Positions 1 to 16,855 of a stretch of DNA of 35,896 bases are shown here, piece after piece. This DNA comes from Bigelowiella natans CCMP2755 (taxonomy: Eukaryota > Protista > Cercozoa): NCBI GenBank assembly GCA_000320545.1, contig ADNK01002107.1:1-35896 (forward strand), given 5' to 3'. The notes below the pieces were generated by a model. It saw only the letters and a program-made list of their open reading frames with translations. It was not told where the DNA came from and searched no databases. A program made the translations under genes and the position numbers. The stretch's first letter is position 1. Each line of letters opens with the position of its first letter.

Positions 1-6772
<6,772 letters not shown>

Positions 6773-7289
6773 GTTCTTATAGGAACATAACTAATTTCCT
6801 ACTTGTCATTAGATTACATGTTGTACGAGGGGTCATGTGAGGACATTGATAGTTTCTCGTTCTGAAACCCGTTTTATTATGGAAAGAAAAAAAATGTGCA
6901 AGGATCGGCTCTCGATGTGCTAGGTGCGAAGGATAGATTTCTAAGAACTTCCTGTTTAAAGGTAAAGGTTACATTCTAGTTCACTACGATGACAGGCATG
7001 TTTCATTCCCATCATTGTCATTTAATTTTGTAGGAGTAAATAGCGCTGGAAAAGGTGTTTTTTGTTTTTGGCGTTTGACACAAAACCAATCGGATGCCCC
7101 ACCTGGTCCACACCTACACTCTAGCCATTTTACTGTTGTATCAAAACTCCCAGAACTCCCCAACTACAAATAAGCCCCATCCCTTCCCTCCCCCGCCCTA
7201 GAATAGCACGCTGTTAGCATCCGAAATACTACTCGTTCATTACTGTTGCACTCCATCACCCGCTGTGTTCCAAAATGTATACACAGAAA

Positions 7290-7822
7290 TAGGATTAAAC
7301 GCTTGTCATTTTTATCCAAAGACAACCCGACTCACCACAATCTTTAACCGGAACATCGCTGGAGTAATTCTGAGCGAAAACGCAAACGACCCCGGTCTCG
7401 CGACAACATGACACAGAGAAGTTTGAGTGCTTATTTGTGCGTGCGACTCGTAGATCTACCGTTGGTGGTCGTTTGGCAGCTCTGCGTGCACGTGTTTCCT
7501 GACATCGGATGCAGGGAAATTCTACAGTAGATCCAGTCGGGAATCCTGACGCGCGACACACCTGGATTGCTCCCTGCAAAAATCCCAAAAATCTTGCCAC
7601 TTGCGTCATGCGACAAAAAGACTTTTTCCACAGGAGCTAGGGCAACTTCCCGGAATCTTCTTGCAAGATTCCCTTTTTCTGCTGTGGCTCTGTTATTTTG
7701 CGAGAAATAGGTACTCATTTCTCCCGACGACATGAAATTTCCATTGACACTACACTGAAATCCGAATTGATCCCGAAGTTTCTCCCTGTGGCACCCACAA
7801 CCCAAACAGCGAGCAAGCAGAG
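7290..7822. promoter_or_regulatory. Probable promoter region between the divergently oriented minus-strand gene and eRF1
   Basis: Microsatellite-free, CpG-containing sequence directly upstream of the eRF1 ATG, with GCGACA at 7400, 7553 and 7610. Position-based inference only. Confidence 0.4.
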
Positions 7823-9215
7823 ATGGAAACCTTTGTTCTTCGACGCACTCTAAAGACCCTCGAGGCCGTCCAAGGGGCGGGCACCACGCTCGTCTCTGTG
7901 TATGTCCCTGGCACCCTCTCTCAGCTCGCTTTAATGTCCTCCAAAATTCAGAACGAGATGGGGGTGGCGTCCAACATCAAGTCGACACAGACCCGGCAGA
8001 GGGTCAGGGAGGCGCTCAACTCTATTCTACACCATCTCAAGAGTCTGAAGCGAATCGACCCTAAGGGTCTCGCGCTATTCTGTGGTGTGGATACCGCACA
8101 GGATGGGAAGCGCGTGATGAAGGCGATCGTGCCCCCCAAGGCGCTATCGTCCCCTCTCTATTGGTGCGATTCCGAGTTCCAGCTCAAAGCCCTGCACGAT
8201 ATGGTCAATACTGATGAGAACGAATCCATTGGATTTGCTGTTGTAAGTGGCGAAGGAACATATTTTGCAGCTCTAAGCGCAAGTGGGACCATTGAGGCTC
8301 TCAAGACAACATCAGTTCGTCTACCGAAGAAGCACTCCAAGGGCGGGCAGAGCGCGCCTCGCTTCCAACGTCAGCGTATTTAACGAGAGGAAGGCATATG
8401 TGACTAAAACGGTTAACGAAATCAATTCTCTCTTCGTCGACCAAAAGACCAACAAAGCGCGCTACTCACACTTCGTACTCGCCGGGCCTGGAGTGTTGAA
8501 GAGCGAAGCTGCTGCTCATGCATCTCTCCTTCCCCTCGTTAAGGATAAGCTGCTCAAGGTGGTTGATACTTCCTACCCATTTGCTAAGGGCTTGGCCGAG
8601 GCTATAAATAAGAGTCGTAGTGCAATCGGTGAAGCTCAAGTCAACCGCGAGTCGGGGCTGCTCGAGGAACTCATGGGTCGAATTGCAAGGGACAAATGTA
8701 CGTACGCCATCGGCGCGGAGGACACTTTTGAGGCGATGGAAAGCGGCTGTGCGAAAACGATCTTGATCTGTGAGAGAGCTTGCAAAGCGCAAACTATCAT
8801 CTGTCAGGCGTTGCAAGAAAATACTACTAAGGAGGGCGGCCCATCGGACCTGGTCAGCGGCAGGAAAACCCACTACTATCATGTACTTCCAAAGAAACTT
8901 GACGCCAAGATCAAGGAGCTCGAGGCGGCGGAGAGCAAGTTGTGCATCAAGGAAATCGTTCCTTTCGTCGACTGGTGTCTCGAGCACGCACACTCAGAGC
9001 ACTCGATAGATGTCGAGCTCATCACCTCTAAAACCGAAATCAGCTTGCAATTTGAAAAAGGATTCGGTGGCGTGGCGGCCTTGACGCGCTATGAGTTCCA
9101 TCCCACGTCGGAGTATGAGAGAAACGGTCTTCAGCTGGAAGAAGGCGACGATGATGACTCTTCCTCCGAAGACGACGATGATTTCTATGGCGTGACGGAA
9201 GACATTTTTGGCTAA
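7823..9215 (+). CDS. eRF1: Class-1 peptide chain release factor (eRF1/aRF1 family), intronless, encoded in two frames joined by a +1 shift at 8378-8384; predicted fused product 463 aa
   Basis: ORF1 (7823-8383) has GAGTTLVSVYVP (GTS-loop region), ASNIKS (NIKS at 7973-7984), YWCDSEF (YxCxxxF at 8159-8179) and LPKKHSKGGQSAPRF (GGQ at 8342-8350). The +1 frame from 8382 continues NERKAYVTKTVNEINSLF, FVLAGPG, VVDTSYPFAKGLAEAI, QFEKGFGGVAALTRY (C-domain motif) and an acidic tail, ending at TAA 9213-9215. Length is 186 + 277 aa. Confidence 0.95.
8375..8387 (+). other. Candidate programmed +1 ribosomal frameshift site (shifty stop) CGT-ATT-TAA-C
   Basis: ATT (8378-8380) is followed by TAA (8381-8383) and C. 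The +1 frame reads TTT (8379-8381) AAC GAG. The joined sequence GGQSAPRFQRQRI-NERKAYV aligns without gaps to canonical eRF1 [20 protein letters not shown]. Confidence 0.65.
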
Positions 9216-9619
9216 GCAGTTGCATATCTTGTGGACAATCAATCACCAGAAGCTTCACTACATGTTGTATTGTCCAAAGCTACTATCAGCAGCGAAGCCA
9301 TAGTCATTAACGTTGTGGCCATATTTGATTCCTTGCTGCAATTTTTTCATTGTCGCACTGTCGTTGCATGATGAAACTACTGTAGCGGAAGGATGACGAA
9401 GAAGAGAGATAATGGATTCCGCGAAGTGATGGACATTGAACCTCGTTGCATGATGATTGTTATATTATAAAATGACAATCAAAATCGCCATCTTATGTTG
9501 CACTAATTAAATGTGTGTTGAAATATAAAAATGCCAACTATGTCGCAGTTATTTAAGGGTGGAATATCAGTCATTTATGCTACAATTGCATCTGCATATG
9601 AAAATTTAAACACAAAGAT

Positions 9620-9950
9620 GTATGCAAGCGGCTGCTAGCTAGCTAGCCTGTGCGACTGTGCAGGCATGCACATCTGCCAAACATCGTGACACATTGTAGC
9701 AGCTCTATGCTAGCACACTTCACGCACACATTCTCGCTAGCCCTAGAGCCTGCTAGCTAGCTAGATCGTATACGCATGTCATGAGTATGTGAGTAATGAT
9801 ATATATGACGCTTACCAGCGACGGCGGATGTTGCTAGTGCAATGCTGTCATCTAGTTATTCCCTGCTAGCCAGGTTGATGCTCACGCGAGCGAGCCGGTC
9901 TAGCTAGCTAGCGGTCTAGCGGTGCCGAACATTTTGCACAGTCTAGCAGT
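9620..9950. repeat. CTAG/GCTAGC-rich intergenic tract
   Basis: Several gctagctagctag runs (~9634, ~9752, ~9900) plus scattered ctag, tgca and catg, lying between the convergent eRF1 and kinase 3' ends. Confidence 0.7.
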
Positions 9951-10225
9951 GGCACTGCAAACAGACTCTTCTGAGTTTTTCCACATCTCTCGAGATGGCT
10001 AGATGGTTCACAGTGCTGGCAATGAGACACAACAAATCTAGAGTGTTTGAACTCTGCAATGCTACGTTACACCGTGCGTAAAGTATGACTAAAAATCCAT
10101 GACAACTTTTTCTCAATGCGTGAATGGCACAAATTGTCGCCACCATGAGGCACATGGAATCTCATTGCACACGAGTTTCCCCTCCACATCAGATGTAGGT
10201 AGATTTGTGTAATCTTGCAGGATTG

Positions 10226-11484
10226 CTAATCAGTAAGCGTATTTCTCTTCAATTCACCTGGAGAAGTGTTTAATAGCTTAGACAGATGATCATTTGCATC
10301 AACTTCTTTCAGCAGGTCACATTTGACACCGCAACCAAATGCAAGGCTACGAGCTTCTTGTACAGCTTGGAGCAACATCTTCTTTTCATTCTTTTCTGGG
10401 TTTCGAACATAAAGCTCCACCTTTGATACTACAGTCTGTGGAGGACCTGGAAAACCAGATGCTTTCTCGGAAGCTCCCTTAAAAGCCCCCACTGAATGTA
10501 TGAATCACCAACTATATCGTCATCTATAAATGACAAAAACTATTTTTTAATGCACTTTTTATGTCTATGTGTTATATCTTATATGGATGTATAGCACTCA
10601 TATTTACAACCTGAATACCACCATCGACGAAGCCCAGGGTTATTGGAAGATCCACTTAGTAGCGCATTGTATTTGTCGTACTGTAATCCTTCCCAGCCTT
10701 GGGACACCTCAGGGCAATAAATTTCTTCATATCCGACAACACTCCGGCTGCGTTTTGTGAAAGGATTTGATTTTTGTCTCCAGTGTTGGGAATCACGTGT
10801 TGAACCAGGCCACACAAGCTTTAGTTCGAACTTACCATCATCCATTCTGAATCTTTCCAGTTCGTCAAGGATGGCATAATTTGCTGCCTCAGGATTTTTG
10901 GGGTTAACCCTGAATGAATCCTTCGTCCACCAGTTATTACCAGACCCACTTGTTTGTCTCGCCACTAGTACGAAGTCTGGCTTTACTCTCTTCAACAGTT
11001 GTTCTTTTTCGCGCGAGTCTTTGCAATTAGATGAAAGTATCTTCACGACAGATTGGACAATTTTCTTTGCAGCTATTTTGGCAAATTGTTGGATCTTAAT
11101 CAAAGGCGGAGAACTGAAGTCGAAGCCAGAGTTCAGCGCCATCTTGCACAAATGTTCTGCCTTCGTCAATTTTTCGAGCGGATTTGAAACATCTTCCGAG
11201 GTAAATCCTTCTAGCAGAAGTGTCAAAAGCGTTTTTCGGGCATCCTGAGCTTTGATCACCTCATTATGATTGCTGCTCATCCCGAGGCGTTGAGCAGCTT
11301 TAAGTGAGCGGTTGAGTTTTAAAAGCTGGCTGTGGGCAGAGACTTGGCTACGTACGTACAATTCCACGTTCTTTACAACTTTATTAGGCCCTGGTATTCC
11401 ATTTTCGTACCACTTATAAGTTCCAACTAATCCGCATCAAAAGTGTTGTGAACCAAAATCAAATACATTAGTGCGTGAAATTCG

Positions 11485-11526
<42 letters not shown>

Positions 11527-13424
11527 CACCACGAAGAGTCGCAACCTGTACTCAAAAAATCTAAATATTGACTTTAATACCTGCATACCAGTACCAGTTC
11601 CAGTTTATAGATCCACTAAGAAGGCACTTTCTCTCATCAAATTGTACGCCTCCCCACTGCTGTGATGTGTGTGGACAGCTAATAGGTGTGTAGCCTATTA
11701 CTCCACGCTTGCGTCTCACATAAGGGTTCGAGGTTTGCTTCCAATGCTGAGGTGAGAGCTCCGTTCCAGGCCATTTAAGCTTGAGTTCTAATTTTCCATC
11801 CACGCCACGAAAAGTCTCTAGCTCGTCCAGAATGGCGTAATTCGCTGCGGAAGGATTGCTTGGATTCACGCGAAATTTATTTTCTTCCCACGGTTTACCA
11901 CCTTCTTCCCAGGTCTGCCTTGCAATCAGCCTCCAACCGAGTTCCTCATGATTAGATGCTGAAGCTAGAAAACGAAAGGCCTCAGCCGTAGCTGTTGTCA
12001 AGTTCTTCAATACGCGATGAAACTCTTCCTTCTGGTTCACCATGTACTCCCGTAAACCAGTCTTGCTATCAAGCTTCCTACTGTTTTGGAATACGGCTGC
12101 TTGTTTCATCTCAGTAGTTCCTGACCGATTGATGGATTCGTTGCCGTTAGGGATGTAAAGCAACGCATCTAGAGCATCAGGACGCCGCGACGAATAGAAT
12201 TGTATGCAACGCTGGGCCAATTGTCCAAGAGGGGTGTCGGCAAATTTAGGTGGGATCGTCAACTTTAACCGGCCCTGAGAAATTGCTAGAAACGATTCAC
12301 GGAAGGGGGGAAGTACTCCCTCTGCGTCGGCATATGGTGTTTTTCCTCGAGTTAGCAACTCCCAAAGTGTCACTCCAGCAGCCCACACATCCGACTTAAA
12401 CGATGATTGGCCTGTTCTCAAGGTTTCCGGTGCCATCCAAGGCCATGGTAAAAGTTCTTTCGGTTGATTTTGGTAAGAATCTTTTGGTGCCCGGACTGCA
12501 AGGCCAAAGTCTGCAATTTTGATCATCCAGTCCTTCGTGACGAGTAAGTTCCTGCATGCGATATCTCTATGGATCATCTTGTTCATCTGAAGATGTGCTA
12601 GCCCTAGGAACAACCCAGTCGCAATCTTAAAAGCCTTCTCGTCTACAGTTAGATCGTATTTTGAATGAAGTGAATCGAGGCTGCCCAGCTCACAGTACCT
12701 ATGTAATGTTCATGTATGATTACTACAATTCTGCTCATTGACTATGAGAAAATTGAGTTGGAAAGAAATACTCTAGTAGGAAGCATTCTCGTCCAGCATT
12801 TGTAAACATGACACCAATGAATTGCATTATATTTTCCTGTCCTGCAACATTCATAAGGCCCATAAGTTCCCGCTTCATCTCATCGGATACGTCTTTGGAC
12901 TTTGGCACCTTCAGGACCACATCCTGATTGGTTTCCTTCAACAAAGCAACATATGCGTCTCCAAACTGCCCGCTTCCGAGTTTTTTAATCACTTCGACGT
13001 CATTCTGGAGGTAGATGAATCGTTGGGCCTTTTGGTGATTTTTGAGTGCTGACTTTGATTTGCACTTTCCACACGTCGACACCGTACTTTCTTTCTCTTC
13101 CGACGTCTCCGTATTGTACATGCTGTAATTATAAACGTAACCCGATTTCTCCCAGCTCTTGCTCTCGGTAGAGCTCGTACATGGGTTCGTCTTACGATGA
13201 TGATTGTAATATAAGTTGAATCCCGATTCGCTTTCTTTAACTTGAAGCGTATGAAAATTGTCCTCCTCGTACACCTTTGCAGAGGACATGTAGCCCTCAC
13301 TAGCATTGGAACCTGCTGTCTCATGTTCCTCTAGTCTCTTCTTTAGGGTCGCCAATTCCCGTTCCAACGCCCTCAATTCAGCCCTCAGCCGCACATTTTC
13401 ATCCTTGTACCTTAGGGTCTCCAT
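10226..13424 (-). CDS. Tyrosine-kinase-type protein kinase with N-terminal coiled coil and two tandem C-terminal fibrinogen-like domains; exons 13424-12772, 12698-11581, 11426-10611, 10491-10226 (about 950 aa)
   Basis: Kinase motifs LGSGQFGDAY, VVLK, HRDIACRN, DFG, LPWPWMAPE and SDVWAAGVTLWELLTRGKTPY. Three GT-AG introns (12699-12771, 11427-11580, 10492-10610) join the four ORF-track fragments in frame; the exon sum of 2853 nt is divisible by 3. The start may lie slightly further upstream. Confidence 0.88.
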
Positions 13425-13827
13425 CAGCTCCGTCCGACGACTTTTCAGCAGCACTAACTACGACAAACTTGGATATTGATTTGCCAGAAAAGAGAAACGA
13501 TCTCCATTGCCGAATCGCGACTTGTTCCCAAATTCTGTCGCAGACATTAAATCGATCACTCAGTCTCGAGAGAACAACGAGTCAGCATGGCCCACTGTGG
13601 AACCGCTTCCTTCATTTGTTCTCAACTGAAAACTGAACGTGGGAGGTTGATGGTCAGCGATGAGTGAAAACCCACGTGGTTGACCATTTCAACAATGATG
13701 ATGCAATGCAAACGATTTTTGCCACACTGGCACACTCCAACGTTGCGGTGCGCTCAAACGCATTCCAGCATTCATGCCCAAAAACGAGGTCGTTCACAAC
13801 AGCCACGGTGTTGCTCAAAACAAACGT

Positions 13828-14345
13828 GACTAGCTAGCTAGCTAGGTGATGCGCAACGGCAATCAGCACCTTGGTCGTTTCTGGGTGCAGCTTGTTTGTC
13901 TTTGTGGTTTTGCGATGGTGCAAAGTTCGAGCACGCGATGCGATTTGACTAGCAACAGCTGGACAGCTAGCTAGCGAGCTGTGGCTGCAATTGGTCAGTG
14001 GTTCACAGCTAGACAGTGTGCGCCACTGGCGGGCTGGTGCGTGCTCACATCGCCTTGACTGTACATCTCTGCATCTTTGTAGAGGTTTAGACATCTAGAC
14101 AGGCTCAGGCTAGCAAGCCACACTGACACATGTGCTGATGCAAATTTTCAATGATGACCACACTAGCACATCATTGCATGCTAGCATGCATCGCTAGATC
14201 GCACACTCAGTCAGCCTAGCCTAGCCAGCTAGTAGCAGCCATGCGCATCTAGCTGGCTAGGCATCTCAAGAAAACACGAAAACATGCATGCACACATGTT
14301 CATGTCCATGTACATCTAGCTATCTAGATTTACTCGCATGCACGT
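13828..14345. repeat. Second CTAG/GCTAGC-rich intergenic tract
   Basis: ctagctagctagctag (~13830), gctagctagc (~13966), gcatgctagcatgc (~14176) and cctagcctagccagctag (~14215), upstream of the kinase gene. Confidence 0.7.
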
Positions 14346-14452
14346 ACAAAAACTTACACGTTTTCACATGCACAGCAAATTGCTGCGGATTTGAAAAAAA
14401 TCTCTCTTTGTTCGATATAATTCTTCAGACTGCTCGTGCTGATTATCAGCTG

Positions 14453-14734
14453 CTACATGTATTTTGGATTAGCTGGCACTGGCTTGCGATCCTTCTCCAT
14501 CAGGTTCCAGACGGTCCCAACAATATCAGCCAATTTCGTCGCGTTCAGCTACACAAGGTAATTTTCTTATCAATACATGTATGTATACACATATGTATAT
14601 TGTTCGTTAGATTTATTAGGAGAGGCACTACCGATCTTCTGACTTGCGCAGCGGCATCGATTGTCGAGTGTGTCCAATCGTAGGTCTTTTTCGCTTCCAC
14701 ATACGCCGTGCTGGAAAGAATATAAAAAAACAAG

Positions 14735-14774
<40 letters not shown>

Positions 14775-15621
14775 CACAGAGCAGCATTTTCTTCTCTGCA
14801 CGCACGCTCCGCCCCCCCCCCCTCTTCCCTTTGTGTGGTGTTTTGCCACCTGGCATAATTCAGATCCTTCGACAACGCAGCGAAACTTCCGCCATTCAGC
14901 TTGAACGTGATCCCAGCGCCTAGGATTTACACAGTTGTTGTTGTCGTCAGTGACGGCAGTGATGATGATCGAAGCCAGCAGACAACTACAACTACATCAT
15001 GCACCAACGAATTCCACCGCTCGAGAGAGATGAAGGAGAAACTACCGCCGCCGTCGTCACATTAGGACGGCTTCAGCGGCTGCAGCTATTAGCTGCTGCA
15101 ATACCAAGTGGCAGGGCAACTCGATGCATATCAGATCGGTGCTACTGTTCATGCAATTCAACGCAGGCAATTCCGATAATAATATGTGTTTTAAAATATT
15201 TCCGCAGGTCGGCCACATCACACCGAGTAGAGGGCCAACGACGATGCTCGGGAGCAGTAGATTCTGATGGATACCATTACAGGAAAGATCAAAAGCACGC
15301 AAACTCACACACATGCGCGCGCGCGCGCACACACACACACACAAGGAAATTCTATCTCACTAATCCCGCACTGAGGTGATGAAAGTTCGGGCTATAACTA
15401 CCACTGCATCATTTCCTCTAATAGATCTATTTTTTACCATATTAATAGTGTACAATGTATATTATGTCACTCGATTTCTTCAATATTACCGTCAGTTTTT
15501 CAACGTTTTCTGTCATATTGAGCTTGGTCCTGTGAGCAATTATTATGAAATGCGTATATCAAATTCTTCGCCATCGTTTATATTTATCATTTCCAATCGT
15601 TATCATTAAGATATTAGATTG

Positions 15622-15671
<50 letters not shown>

Positions 15672-15828
15672 GGGGGGGGGAGGGGGACGTTACCTTCCGG
15701 TAGCGACAAGGGCGGTCATTATCGTCATGCTAGCAGCATATTGAAGGACTCGAGGAATCACTTTCTTGTTCACCTAATGGAATTATGAATGTGTGCATAA
15801 CTGATGTCACCAGGTACAGTTGGGATTC

Positions 15829-15871
<43 letters not shown>

Positions 15872-15989
15872 ACAAAAAGAAAAGTCACTTATGCATTTTT
15901 GCTCAAATTCTTGTAAGCCATTTGCAACGCTCATCCCAAAATTTGCCAAATGGACCCTTGAAGTGATATCACAAGTGAAATCACTTACA

Positions 15990-16043
<54 letters not shown>

Positions 16044-16796
16044 GCGCGCGCGCGTTATCACATCTTATTTGGTAAGCTCTCTCCGCGAATGTCTACCGTT
16101 TGTTTCACAAGGGCATCCATCAACGCCTTGCGGTACTTCATGAAATTTGAGGAACTAATTTTCAGTGCAGGGAGGGCAGGGAGGGGGGATGGAAAAAGCC
16201 GAGAAGATCATCGAGTGCTGAGGAGTTGAAGATATCAACCACCACACCACAAACGATGCTGCAGGACCAGTAACAACATCGTTTTGCAAGAATGCTTCCT
16301 TACAGTCGCTCATCATTTCTTTGATTTTGTGGGGAAGGGCATTTGTGCATGATATCCTGTACGTCGTAGCAGCAAGCAGCAGCAGCAGCAGCAGCTACTT
16401 TTTTTCCTCATCTACAACTACTACTAGTAACGGTAAGAAATGGCGAATGTGAAGAAGTGCCGCTACCTCATAGATCCGTCCTTGGACATAAACCTTACAA
16501 GAAGGGGGAGAGGGAGGAGAAAAGAGAGAGATGGGTGATCAATCATCATCATTATAATCACCATTTGATTAATATGAATCGGGTACAGCAGCGCCCCAAT
16601 TCCCCCCTTCAATCGCTCTCCATAACGAGATCGATAGTGCAGATTAGATATTAGTGACGAAAGAGGCGACATCTATTACTTCTTTGCGAGCCTAACTGCC
16701 ATGGCGCGGGAAGGCCTTCGGGGCTGTTGTGGTGGTTGCGATGAATACTTAGTGCGTGGAATACGTTTATGAGAAAAATGGTCATATGTACAAAAC

Positions 16797-16855
<59 letters not shown>

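Noticed and set aside
8381-8383. Stop-codon readthrough or a variant genetic code as the explanation
   Set aside because: The homologous sequence continues in the +1 frame, not in frame 0, so readthrough of TAA would not restore the protein.
8370-8457. An intron removing the internal eRF1 stop (gtattt at 8376 resembles a donor used in the kinase gene)
   Set aside because: Nearby AGs give introns of 12, 14 or 18 nt from 8376, or 18, 20 or 24 nt from 8370, and none gives the required 3n+1 length. The first that does (8376-8457, 82 nt) would delete the conserved helix after GGQ. RNA-seq should still be used to exclude it.
8466-8993. Antisense 175-aa ORF inside eRF1, and similar antisense ORFs inside the kinase
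   Set aside because: Shadow ORFs of real coding sequence with no recognisable motifs.
8283-9215. ORF2 as an independent 310-aa gene
   Set aside because: It starts at GTG and its first 33 codons overlap ORF1 out of frame with no eRF1 similarity. Similarity begins exactly at the ORF1 stop.
9620-14345. A DNA transposon or Helitron carrying the kinase, with CTAG-rich ends
   Set aside because: No alignable terminal inverted repeats, target-site duplication, transposase or Rep/helicase ORF was found. Kept only as a compositional observation.
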